A stretch of DNA of 63,190 bases, counting the filler, from Octopus bimaculoides (lineage: Eukaryota), in NCBI RefSeq assembly GCF_001194135.2. It is 8 parts of 7 records of this genome, joined end to end, with 100 filler letters (N's around TTAATTAATTAA, not from the genome) between each part and the next. Parts side by side here need not be neighbours in the genome. Positions count along the whole stretch, not along the records: positions 35,525 to 39,672 come from NC_068996.1; positions 39,773 to 42,772 come from NW_026306861.1; positions 42,873 to 61,246 come from NC_068981.1; 5 more parts are not named here. The stretch is one strand, 5' to 3'. Below, piece by piece: positions 37,065 to 49,287 of this stretch. Both the position numbers and the translations under genes were made by a program. How positions within the stretch are numbered: the first letter of the stretch is position 1; each line of letters starts with the position of its first letter. The notes under the pieces are model-generated. The model saw only the letters and a list, made by a program, of their open reading frames with translations. It searched no databases and was not told the DNA's origin.

Positions 37065-37480
37065 TCTATTATAGGCACAGGAATTTTGGGGGAGGGAATA
37101 GTTGATTACACTGACTCCAGTACTTGACTGGTACTTAAATTATCGAACCTGAAAGGATGAAAAGCAAAGTCGACCTCAGTAGAATCTGAACGTAGAATGT
37201 TAAGATGGACGAAACGTTGCTAAGCATTTTGCTTGGTGTGCTAATGATTCTGCCAGCTCACTGCTTTTATACAATAATGATAATGATAATATTAATAAAT
37301 AATTGCTTCAAATTTTGGCTCAAGGCCAGCAACTTTAAAAGGAGAGGAATAATTGATTACACAGGCCCTTGTACTTCACTGATACTTTATTTTATCAAGC
37401 CAAAAGAATAGAAGTTAAAGTTGACTTTGACAGCATTTAAACTCAAAATATAAAGAACTGGAAGAAATGTTGTTAAGCGT
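37060..37480 (-). mobile_element. Two SINE family B copies
   Basis: Reverse complement of the family B consensus, twice. Confidence 0.75.
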
Positions 37481-37509
37481 TTTCTGTGATATACTAAGAT
37501 TTTTATAAG

Positions 37510-38130
37510 ATGAACAGCCATACTACATGGTAGTGAAACATGGGCTGTGACTGCAGATGACATGTGAAGGCTTGAAAAAAATGAAGCTAAAATGCTCTGC
37601 TGAATGTGCAATGTTGGTATGCATATATGACAAAGTGTAAGCAGCTTGAGAGAAAAATTAAGCACAAGAGGTATCAGATGTGATGTGCAAGAAAGAAGAC
37701 GGCATTGGTATGTCATGTGATGCATATGGATAGGACAGCTGCATAAAGGAGTGCTGATCTCTAATTATGGAGGGAACCTGTGGAAGGAGTAGACCCAGGA
37801 AGATGTGAGATAAGGCGGTAAAATTTGATCTTCGGATGTCGATTCCCATAGAGGTGATGACAAGTAACTGAGACTTCTGGCAATTTGCTCTGCTTCAGAA
37901 AACTTGTCAAGCTAAGTGAAATTATGGTCATGGCCAGTGCTGGTGACATGTGAAAGGCACCTGTGTCAGTGACATGTAAAAGACACCCATGCCAGTGACA
38001 TGTTATAGAGTGGTTGGATTTAGGAAGGGCATCCAGCTATAAACTGGAGCCTGGTGTAGCTCTCCAACCTACCAGCTCCAGTCCAACCATCTAACCCATG
38101 CCAGAATGGAAAATGGATGTTAAATGATGA
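37510..38130 (+). mobile_element. RTE-clade LINE 3' fragment, older copy
   Basis: ACAGCCATACTACATGGTAGTGAAACATGGGC...AGACCCAGGAAGA is homologous to 34890-35300; the 3' UTR ends in a TGA repeat. Confidence 0.85.
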
Positions 38131-38920
38131 TGAAATATGTGGAAGAGGAATATTCAATTATTTTGACACCAGGACTAGTATTTTATTATTACTGACTTTG
38201 GGTGAATGAAAGGCAAAACTGATCTAGGCCAGATTTGAACTCAGAATGTATTATGCCTCAAGTCCATGGTCCCTGTAACTGATCATTTAATATAATACTT
38301 ATTTCTCCATGTGTGCATATGTATGTATTCCCGACCCACTTATCTTTTATCCTACCATAATTTTTGCTTTGTCCAACCCCAATACTAGGCTCTACACTAA
38401 ATCACTACACCTAGTCCTTTTCAGAATGTCAGTCCTCTGGAATTCATGTTTTTTCTGCAGGTTATTAACTTATAAAAGTTTAAGAGGAACCAATCCCACC
38501 AGCCTGCAAAAACCATGAGACTGCTCTATCCTCAATTTAGCATGAAATTCTTCAAATATAGTATAAATTCTTGTGGTTAGTAAATTTAGTTTTGCTCTCC
38601 AATGACCTCTAAGTATTCCCCCTCTTACCTTTTACTTTTTCTACTAGATCTAACTAATTCTGAACAGGTAAGTTATACAGGCATGACAAGGCAAATTCAA
38701 GCAATCCTATTACAATCGCACTGCTATTTTCAGGTATGTAAATAAAACAAAGCTACAAAACTATCAAGTCACATTTGGAAGTAAAGAAAAGTATCAGTGA
38801 TATCAACATAAAGTGAAGAATACAAGATGCATCCAGACAAAAAAACCCTGAACTAAATGATATGACATTTTCACAGAAGAGTATAACATCATCATCTAAG
38901 ATACACTCATATACAACATA

Positions 38921-39545
38921 CAAGGTGGTATCAAAAGGTTCCCTGGACTAGTTATGTTTATTAAAAAATAACTTATTAACTTAAGTTTTAACATCATCTC
39001 CACCAAAATAGTCACCTTAGCCAGCAATACATCATTCCCTGCATTCTTTCCACTTTTGGAGTCTGGCCTGGATGTTTTTTCTAAGTGAATTGAGGACCTT
39101 CTGTGATTCACTGTGGATCTTGAACATGGAGTTAAAATGGCAACCTTTGATCTGCCGTTTCATCTTGGGGAAGAGATAGAAGTCTTCAAGTGCTAAATCT
39201 GGTGAATAGAGTGGGTGTGGAAGCGATACCATCTTGTTTTGGGTGAGAAACTCAGGAGTGAAGAGAGCTTGGTGACAGTATCCATTGAAGAATCCGATTC
39301 TTTGTGCTCCACATATCGAGCCACTTTCACTGTGTTCCACATATCCAGTCACTTTTACTCCCTAACACACTTCAAAACATTACAGCAGAACTCTCAATTG
39401 ATGGTCTGGCCTTGGGAGATGAATTACCAATGCACAATACCACATTTCCAGGGGTGATGTTCATGGCTTCCAGGAACATTCTTCTGCTTCTGAAGTGCCT
39501 GTGCCACTTGAAACATTGCATACAACCCACTACCTTATCACCATC
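38921..39545 (-). mobile_element. Mariner remnant (C-terminal transposase plus TIR)
   Basis: LPHPLYSPDLALEDFYLFPKMK contains the YSPDL motif. TA-CAAGGTGGTATCAAAAGGTTCCCTGGACT resembles the TIR at 1076. Confidence 0.88.
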
Positions 39546-39634
39546 AGCTTGCAGAAGCATGCTTAATATGTGTATAGATATAGATGTATGTATGTATATA
39601 TTCATACATGTATATGTATATATGCATACACACG

Positions 39635-39672
<38 letters not shown>

Positions 39673-39927
39673 NNNNNNNNNNNNNNNNNNNNNNNNNNNN
39701 NNNNNNNNNNNNNNNNTTAATTAATTAANNNNNNNNNNNNNNNNNNNNNNNNNNNNNNNNNNNNNNNNNNNNATATATACATATATGTATACATATATGC
39801 ATTATATGAATACATATGTAAATATACGTATGAATGTATATGTTAATATATAAGTGTGTGTATTTGTATGTATATGTATATATATGTATATAATATACAA
39901 ATTTACATATACACATGTATATAACGG

Positions 39928-39960
<33 letters not shown>

Positions 39961-40618
39961 CTGTATCTATATATGCATATATACATACGTATATGTACAT
40001 ACTTACATCTATACGTATATACATATGCATATGTGGGTACAGGACGTCACGGAACGTAAACATCATAAAATACGAAAACATGAGATACGAGATACGAATA
40101 CATGGAATATGAATTTTTTAATTTTCTTTTTTTTGCAAACAACGAAAGAAACAAATGGCAAACAAGATAAGCAGCACAACGAACGACCTTTCATTAGTTG
40201 TTGGCTGGTTTTCTATTCTGTATTTCGAGCAATTCACGACAAGATAGCCTTCGATAAAACAGTAGCTCCCGCAAAGCAAATTAAATAAAATTTGAGGTTT
40301 GCGGAGAGTCAAAATTGCTAACAAAACCAGGACAGTGAAAACAAACAGGAAGGGCTGCAAAGCCTAAACGATGTGAGGTGACGAATGCGCAGAAGCAAGC
40401 TTGGACAGGAGACAGACAAAAATGGGTCTGATTCGTTGAGCTGAATCAGAAGGGAAAAAACACAAGTTAGGAAAAATAGAAAGATGGCCGATGGCTACAT
40501 AGGAGCCACGAGAGAACAAAAGAGGCAGAGTGAGGGAGAGAGAGTGATAGATAGAGAACGGCGAAGGGGAGAGAACGATGGGTTTCCAAGCAGATACAGC
40601 TATACATAATAACGTGTG

Positions 40619-40659
<41 letters not shown>

Positions 40660-40672
40660 CACATACATACAT

Positions 40673-40728
<56 letters not shown>

Positions 40729-40789
40729 GGGAGAATGTACGAAAAAAACAACAGACGAGGACAGGTGGTGTAAACAACAAAAGGATGTA

Positions 40790-40945
40790 TTAGTTTGACG
40801 CTCGGGAATACAGAAAGTCTTTAACGTTTCGAGCTACGCTCTTCAACAGAAAGAATACGGAGAAAACAAGGAGAAAAACACGGAGAAAAAAATTTGAATG
40901 GTCTTTGGTGAACGATCTATCATGGCTTCTGCGGACAGGAAGTTT
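40790..40945 (-). mobile_element. Penelope-type 3'-end repeat carrying a hammerhead-like motif (40818-40854)
   Basis: Homologous to 45190-45380; minus strand reads UCUUU-CUGUUGA-A-GAGC gua GCUC-GAAA-CG-UU^AAAGA. Confidence 0.6.
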
Positions 40946-41605
40946 ATGCACATATACATATACATATATAGGACGTGCTTCCACATAGTTTTCACCTACC
41001 AAATTCACCCAGAAGAACTTAAATATAATCTTACCCTCGATGAATTTTTTCTTTTTTTTAAACAATACATTGCTATAATTACCTTACCCCAATAATCCCC
41101 ATTTCCAGTTCCCTTCTACAACTTTCCCATTATCAACACATACATATTTTAAAACCCATTCACTACGAGTTCACCTCCCCATCCCATTACCCCCATTTCT
41201 TTTACGCTATCTCACTTTTAATTACTGTGTACATATAATGAAATGTCCTGACAGTCAATGTTGACTCTAATATCTATAGAACATTTGTAAAGATATCACT
41301 TGTGATATCCCACTATATACAGCTTATATCTATTACTATAAATGGTAGAGTTTATATCACCACTACTATCTTCGTCTCTGCAATACCATTTTCATTTAAC
41401 GCTATATGTTATACCAGTATAAACTCAATTGCAAATTACCTTTTCGTTTTGTATTTTGTCGCTAGAATTTATTTATTTAATAAAACTAGATAAATTGTTC
41501 TTGATAAAATTCTGTATTGATTTAATATTATCAGACAGAGACATTCATACTTCATTTATATATATAATTTATAAAGAATTATCTTCCAGTTTCCTTTCCT
41601 GAAAT

Positions 41606-41607
<2 letters not shown>

Positions 41608-41673
<66 letters not shown>

Positions 41674-41740
41674 AAGAAGAAGAAGAAGAAGAAGAAGAAG
41701 AAGAAGAAGAAGAAGAAGAAGAAGAAGAAGAAGAAGAAGA
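41608..41740. repeat. (AAT)n(GAA)n microsatellite
   Basis: Read directly from the sequence. Confidence 0.95.
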
Positions 41741-42357
41741 ATCACGAATGCTCTAGACTTGCCCAAAACCACTACAAGTTGTAGCGACACAACCAGGTAG
41801 CGAAAGTGCTACATTGGAAACCGTGCGAAAAGTGGGAGCTAGAGAGATACAAGATGTATGAGCACAAACCGCAGCGTGCGATGGAGTCGGAGACTAGCAT
41901 AATCCTCTGGGATTTCCCAATCCAAAATAAATCAGGTGCTAGAGCGTATCAGGCCAGACCTAGTGGTGATGGACAAGATGCACCACAAATGCAATATAAT
42001 TGATGCTGCATGCCCCTTTCACCCACAAATAGGCAAGAAGGAGGGTAAAAACATAGATAAATACAACCCTCTTAAATACGAAATATCCCGGCTATGGAAA
42101 ATGAAGAAGGCGAAGATAGTGCCAATTATTGTTGTTGGGTCCTTGGGAAGAGTATCAGAAGGCATCAAGGGGAATATAAAGGAAATTGGAATAGGTCTGC
42201 CCAGTAGAACTGTTGCAAAAGTCTTGTCTCCTTGGCACGGCCAGAATAATCAGGTTTGTATTTGATAGCTGAAAAGAATGGACAGCAGGGTACCGTAGGC
42301 TGCAGATAACAAGCCCGCTACGCACGCATGAATCCAACAAAACCCGTGATAATGAGA
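41741..42357 (+). mobile_element. 5'-truncated R4/Dong-clade LINE (zinc-finger end, PD..D endonuclease, 3' UTR)
   Basis: CSRLAQNHYK..RHNQVAKVLHWK, ILWDFPIQ, IRPDLVVMDK...IIDAACP, KYNPLKYEISRLW and VPIIVVGSLG; followed by (AAT)n at 42358-42378. Confidence 0.88.
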
Positions 42358-42515
42358 AATAATAATAATAATAATAATGGGGAAGTTTAACAGCTGCACA
42401 AATGGGGAAGTTTAACGAGCTGCACAAATGGGGAAGTTTAACATGTGAGTACGATAAATCACTGCTCCGAAACTTATCCAAAAACATCGGAAATAAAGAC
42501 ATTCCATGGAGCCCA

Positions 42516-42772
42516 AATATAGCTGACAAAGGGTTGGACTATACCCGAGTAAGTAATACTCATTGAAATTTATTCCTATTTTTCCAAATATAATGATGTA
42601 TTTTAACTTGATACCTCCACTACCCGAACAGCGATCGTAAACACACGTGTTACATCAAAATACAGACCATCCCCAAACCCAAACACCATATACAAAAAAT
42701 AGCTGACAAAGGGTTGGACTATATCCGAGTAAGTAATACTCATTGAAATTTATCTCTATTTTTACAAATATA
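42516..42772 (+). repeat. Direct repeat of about 75 bp (42516-42590 and 42696-42772)
   Basis: ATAGCTGACAAAGGGTTGGACTATAYCCGAGTAAGTAATACTCATTGAAATTTAT occurs twice. Confidence 0.85.
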
Positions 42773-42872
42773 NNNNNNNNNNNNNNNNNNNNNNNNNNNN
42801 NNNNNNNNNNNNNNNNTTAATTAATTAANNNNNNNNNNNNNNNNNNNNNNNNNNNNNNNNNNNNNNNNNNNN

Positions 42873-42921
<49 letters not shown>

Positions 42922-43418
42922 TTCAGAAATTGTGAAAAATAACTGCAAGAAGAGCATGGCTAGTGAAAACAGAGATTGACAGTGAAAGAAAGAGTACAAA
43001 ATATATTTGCAAGGCTGTAATTAAACACAGGAAATATTATCCCATATAGAGATATTACAGAGTGAGTTTTGAAAATTGGTTCAAACAAGCTTTTGTGAGT
43101 CATATTTGATTAATATTAACTGTTAACGTCAGGAATTTTCACACTGTTTCTAAAGCACTTTTTATCATCTAAAGATATTGTGTTTGATATCAGCTTTTTG
43201 AATTGTAATAAACATTTCCCTTATTCTGGAGATAAGTAACAACTGAATATATTTCAAAATTTAACTTTATAATAGATTTGTTTTTCATACTGAAAAATTA
43301 GAGTTTCCTAAATGATCACCTAGCACCATAAGTTTAACTTCTAAAGCATGCAAGAAGTGGACTGTTCAGCTTTGAAAATAAACAATTTGTGTTTAGGTTT
43401 CAGCTAATTATCACTTAC

Positions 43419-43500
43419 CAAGAAAATACTCAGTTTCTGAATGAAGTCAATTTGTTGATCAGGAACTTTGCGCTCCTTCTTCAGGTTGGTAGTTTTTTTC
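43419..43500 (-). CDS. Candidate internal coding exon of an unidentified host gene (KKTTNLKKERKVPDQQIDFIQKLSIFL)
   Basis: Strong acceptor (TCTTTTCTTTTTAATTTGTTTCTCAG|), strong donor (TTG|GTAAGT) and an open frame across 82 bp in non-repetitive sequence. No homology could be recognised. Confidence 0.45.
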
Positions 43501-45189
43501 CTGAGAAACAAATTAAAAAGAAAAGATAACATATGTCAGTGGAATATCTAAATGATAATGAGTAAATGATATGAATTCTCAGAACCAAGATCACAATTTT
43601 CATTTTATTTTTTTGAGTTTTGTTACAATATATATCTCCAAAAAATGCAAATGGAATTTCGTAACTAAAAATTTAGTTTGTTAGAAGTGATTATTTTAAT
43701 AATTAACCCTTCATGTCAGTGGGAAATGAATTCTTTTAAACATTTCACAAAATGGAATAAGGTAGTTTGCCATGAACAAGAAGAGAGATCTGCTGTTTCA
43801 TGCAGAGTCTGCAATTTTTGGAATGCTTGGTCAATAGACAGTTATCCTTTAAGTACTTTTTTTTTTCTTCTTTTATTGCTTCTGCCATGTTGGCACCACT
43901 TTCATGGGTCATTAGTCATTTACTTAACATTATAGATTTTATATAAATATAAATTCCATTTGTTGTTGTTATTATTATACGAAAAAAAATGCCAATAACT
44001 CATAGCATTCATAGAATGATTGGTGTATCATAGAGTGATTGGTCAGTTCAATTTTTAAATTTCATAGTTCATCATCATTATTTCACATCTGTTGTAGCAT
44101 GTTGGAGGGAGAGTGGCAGAATTGTTGGTATGTCAGCAGAAATACTTTACAGTATATCTTCTGGCTCTCTACATTTTAAGTTCAAATCCCAACTGCTTGA
44201 AGAAGGTAACATGAAACTATTCCAGTATTCATCTCAAGTCTACTGGCAGGGGAGGGCACAGACCCTCCCACGTTCTGCAGAAAGTGCTGAAGAAGGTTTA
44301 CACACACAAGACCTGCCCAGGAGCAGACCACTGCTAGACTAGACCATTGCAGCATGGGTTGGATGGTTTTTCTGGGACAATGTTTGCCAACCCATTTAGT
44401 CACCTCTTCTGATAAACATGGATGCAATGTACTGATTCTAAAACTGCAATATAACAATCAAACATTTCATTTGCATTACAATAATTTCAGATAACCTATA
44501 ATCAAAATAACAAATGTGTTTCATTCAAATATTATGAACAACTATATAAACAGTGATTTTACAGTATGCTGCATGTTGCTTTTACACAACTAAACAACCC
44601 ATTCCAGAAAATGACAGGAAATATAAAGTTTATATTATCTATAAATATTAGATATGTGTTACTTCCTAAACAAATTAATTCCATGTTAGCATCTATGAGA
44701 AAATTAATTTGAACAACAGTATCATTAAAGAAGTTCACTGTCTTGAAATGGTGAAAATGGACTAAAAGTTTTGAAAGAGGAAATAAAGAAAAGAAAAAAG
44801 GCCAATCCTCAGACAGCTGAAATGATACTGTAAGCATGCAAAGCTCTGTTTCACTTACCAAACATCTTCTAACTATTCTACTGATGGTTACCAATTTAAT
44901 TTTCAGTTGTTACAGTGGAAATTATTTTAAAATCATTTGGATAACATTTTTAGAAAAGCAGTTTTATTTATTTAGGAATTGTCTAAATTTCAGACCTTAA
45001 ACTCCTTTTATGCTGACTCATAATTGCATAAGGAAAACAGTTTAAAAGTAGTACACATTTCAATAGAGGGAATTAATTATACTTTTTATCTATTATGAGT
45101 GTGTAAACAATCTTCACAGCAACACTAAGTTTACCTACATCTAATAGATTGTCATATTGATATATAATGAAAAGTATAAATATGTTCAT

Positions 45190-45380
45190 CAATGTTTATA
45201 AAGATTCGCCATGATAGATCGCTAGCCACTAAACCCTTTTCTATTTTCTCTCCTTGTTTGTTTCTGTGTTCCTTTCTGTCGAAGAGTGTAGGCTTGAAAC
45301 GTAAAAGACTTTCTCACTTCCCGAGCATTAAACTAATACACACCCATCTTCGTCTTTTTTATTTTTTTTTGTAAATTCTC
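45190..45380 (+). mobile_element. Penelope-type 3'-end repeat with a hammerhead-like motif (45272-45307)
   Basis: CUUU-CUGUCGA-A-GAGU guag GCUU-GAAA-CG-UA^AAAG; same family as 40790-40945. Confidence 0.6.
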
Positions 45381-45689
45381 ACCTTATAAAAACATTATCA
45401 CTATCTCTATGTGTATTTTTTATATAGCTTTTGGCCCAAGTCAGCAAACATGTGAGGAGAATGCGAGGATACATGAAACGTGATAAAAATGCTTTCTGAT
45501 TCTTAATGTTCATTAACTTCACAGCATGTCAAGTTAAGTTAACTGAAACAATGTCATTTGATAAATTTTCACAATATTAATAAAGTTTCTTTTCTTCTTT
45601 AAAATACAATAGAATTCTTGTTCAATATAGAAGAGCAATTTAATATTTCAAGAGGAAAAAATATTTTTTCTAAAATGTGAATTACTCTA

Positions 45690-46052
45690 TTACTTGTTTC
45701 AGTCATTTGACTGTGGCCATGCTGGAGCACCACCTTTAGTTGAGCAAATCGACCCCAGGACTTATTCTTTGTAAGCCTAGTGCTTATTCTATTGGTCTCT
45801 AAGTTACGGGGCATAAACACACCAGCATCGGTTGTCAAGCAATGTTGGAGGGACAAACACAGACACACAAACATACATATATATATATATATATGATGGG
45901 CTTCTTTCAGTTTCCGTCTACCAAATCCACTTACAAGGCTTTGGTCAGCCCGAGGCTATAGTAGAAGACACTTGCCCAAGGTGCCACACAGTGGGACTGA
46001 ACCCAGAACTATGTGGTTGGTAAGCAAGCTACTTACCACACAGCCACTCCTG
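45690..46052 (-). mobile_element. SINE family A
   Basis: Reverse complement of 30671-31080. Confidence 0.9.
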
Positions 46053-46706
46053 CACAGATTGTTAATTTATCATTAGTAAAAAGCTGATAAAATGTCTTAA
46101 TATGAAATATGGATCTTATCTCATAGTGAAAATCAAATCAAATCAAATCTGAACTGAGAAAATGTTAACTAAGATTCATCATTAAAATGATATGTAATTC
46201 TTTCTATTACCAGCAATTTTAGCTGAGATATTCATAAAAAAATATTAACAGAAACATAGTGTTTATAAATATTTTTCAGCAAAAATTTTTTAAAGTTGTG
46301 AAGCCATAAAATAATTTCCCTTTCTTTTCAGACATGATGTAGATAGCTTTATGACATGAAAAGGAAGCTCTTATATATATATATTTCTTATTCAAATATT
46401 ATAGATAGTGACACACCAAACTGTATTAAAATCTCTCTTGATCTTATCATCTTATCCATTTATAGCAGAGTACACCAGCTGTCAATTCCTATTACATGAT
46501 ATGATACATTCATGCACATATGTGCACTCAATTACTTCCTTCAGGACAGAGTACCAGAGGAAATAAATCTAAAAATGTAGCAGCATTACCATCTTTTGAA
46601 CTACATAGAAAATAGTTTTAAAAAAAATATAATCTTTTCAGCTTTGACCCCTCTCAGAGCCTCAATAATCTAAAGATAAATTGCCTAACATGCTCTGTGT
46701 GTGTGT

Positions 46707-46759
<53 letters not shown>

Positions 46760-48069
46760 AGAGAGCAAAAATACAAATGTGAAGCCGAGAAAATGAAAGA
46801 TAAAGTGTTGAAATGATAAATAGAGAAGAGAGCATGTTAGTAGGGATTCTAATAAAGTGAAATGATAGGTATAAGAAATGTAAACATATACATTGTGATA
46901 TATATGCATGTAATGTGAGTGTGTGCATGTATGCACACACGTTCAACAAAGGTGCAATAAAATTTAATCAAAGAGAAATGAAGAAGATGAAAAAGTGGCA
47001 AGGAAATGCAGAGCAATAACCGTCATATTTTAAGAAAATTTAAAGCCATGCTGATGCCATTCTGCTTTGTATGTACAGATAACTATATTTATAGTAGAAT
47101 TTTGAATACCACTTTTTAAACTGTGAGAAAAAAGAATCTAACAAATAAAAAAAGAACATTTTAAAGAATTACACAGGATGGAATAATCTATTTTTATTTA
47201 TAAATACAATATATGCTACATTATTGTTTAAATGGAATATTAGAATATAGATTGGAGCAAAACTAACAATGGACATTGATACAAATGGCATTTTTATGAT
47301 GGTTTTGTTTGATTTTACATATCTTAATGAAAATACTGCTTTTGTAGTGCATGTTAAACCTATCTAAAACTATTGATTATTTTTTCTTTTAATTACATTA
47401 CCTCAAAGAGAAGTGGTAGTAATGATAACCTTTATTTTTAAAGATGGGCCAAGAGTGGAAGGTAGGAATAACTAAATGAGGTTAGTGAGCTAATGTTGAA
47501 TTTGTCTAGTTACGAGCTGATGATGAAAGAAAACTAAACAGAGAAGAGAATTCTGGAAAACAATTGGGCAAAGTTATCTGGGAGGTGTGATATAATTCAA
47601 TTCAATGATATTACTAAATGAGTCTGAGTGGAAATGAAAAAGCGTATGGAGCAGTAGAATAACATTTCATGAGGCAATAGAAGTAATAAAAGTATATATT
47701 TTCAGCTGACAATAGACCAATAGCTTGTGAATATTGGTAGCTATAACCTGGCTTTAGTGAGTTTTGTTAAGAATGTGTGCAAAGAGAGTTATTATTTTCC
47801 AAGATGTGTAAACAGTATTTTAGGTGCATTTGAGTTTTGCAAAGTAGTAACAGCTGGCGTGGTCTGAAGTATTTTCTGGTTTTGAAGAATAAACTGATTT
47901 TCTGAAGTGTTGTCTATGCAAAAGAGGAAATATCAATATAAAGAATAGATGTAAAGTTAACAATTAATAAAAGACAAAATCATTATCATAAAACGATATT
48001 AAACAACAAACCATCAATTTTAAGAGAGAGACAAACAACAACAGGGACAAAGTATTATCATAATTATGT

Positions 48070-48480
48070 TGTTGTGGTATTGGTTGTGGTGGTGATAAAA
48101 TGCCAAGTGGCACTTCTGGCTCCTTGCATTCTGAGTTCAAATTCTGCGATGTCACTTTGCCTTTCATCATTTCAGAGGCAATAAATTAAATACTGGTTGT
48201 CACGAGGTGAAATGTAATCAACTACCCACAATCCCCCTAAAATTACTGGCCTTAAGCTGAAATCTGAAGCTGTTAAAGGTGGCAAGTAACAGAATCGTTA
48301 GAGTGTTGGAAAATGCCACATAGCATTTCTTCTGAGCTCAAATCTTGCCAAGGTCAACCTTGTCTTTCATCCTTTTAGGGTCATCTAAAATAAGTACCAC
48401 TTGAGCACTCGGGTTGATGCAATCAACTAGTCCCTTCCCACTAATATAACTGTCCTTGTACCAAAATTTTGAAACAAAAG
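48070..48480 (+). mobile_element. Two tandem SINE family B copies
   Basis: TTCTGAGTTCAAATTC and CTGAGCTCAAATCTTGCCAAGGTCAAC bodies. Confidence 0.75.
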
Positions 48481-49287
48481 TTGCTGCCATCATTGAAGTC
48501 ATTGTAGTTGTCATCATCATTTTCTTTATTTAAAATACCCTATCCATCTATTAAGTCATAACTAGAGAAGAAAAGTTAACCCAAGCAAGCATGGAAAAGT
48601 AGGCATTAAGATTATGATGATGATGTATTTTGATCTTAAAAACATGAAGGAATGTATTTTCACTCTTGGCCTTTAGTTTTAAAGCTACTGGTAGATTTGT
48701 CTTGACAGTAGCTGTATTAGTATTGATATTCAATGCATATTGCATGACAAATGCTAACCCAAAGTAAAAATGTATTGAGGAGAAAATGATATCAATGATG
48801 ACTAATATTATTTTCATATTTCCAGCATATATGGCCAGCAAGTATGGCAGACAACACATCATGTTTAAGTAGAGAAGAAATGATACTAAAAAATTGGTTG
48901 ATGTACAAAAATAGATAATTTAGAAATTAAATAATCTGAAGATACCATTTTCATGAAAATCAATAAATATAAATTAGTGTTAGCATCTACAATACCAGGG
49001 AGCATTAAAACATGATATTAGTGAATGATATTTTCATTTTCTCAGTGAATAGGAGAGTTAAGACTGGATATATTTCTGCCATAATCTGACCTCATAAGCA
49101 CAACATAACTTTCATTATAATAGCTGAAGTAAAGATTGAAGAATCACTATGGAAATATACAAGACTTTACACTCATTAGCAAAGAAAACAAAATTGTTTA
49201 GAAATTAAATAATTCAAAGCTATTAACCTGATGAAAAACATGAGTTAAAACATGAGCCAGCTTCATTGGCATATAATAGAAGTTATA

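Noticed and set aside
41500-41545. Degenerate CTGATAA...CAGAA motif on the minus strand (and similar near 56250 and 56942)
   Set aside because: Both core boxes are broken and stem I is absent; too decayed to call.
44740-44835. Coding-looking stretch NGENGLKVLKEEIKKRKKANPQTAEMI with a GTAAGC donor
   Set aside because: An in-frame stop lies just upstream and there is no convincing acceptor.
45431-45502. Plus-strand candidate terminal exon LLAQVSKHVRRMRGYMKRDKNAF* (similar weak candidates at 50850-50930, 57627-57710, 60103-60180, 60684-60750)
   Set aside because: Each has only one good splice signal and no recognisable homology; such matches are expected by chance in 60 kb of AT-rich DNA.
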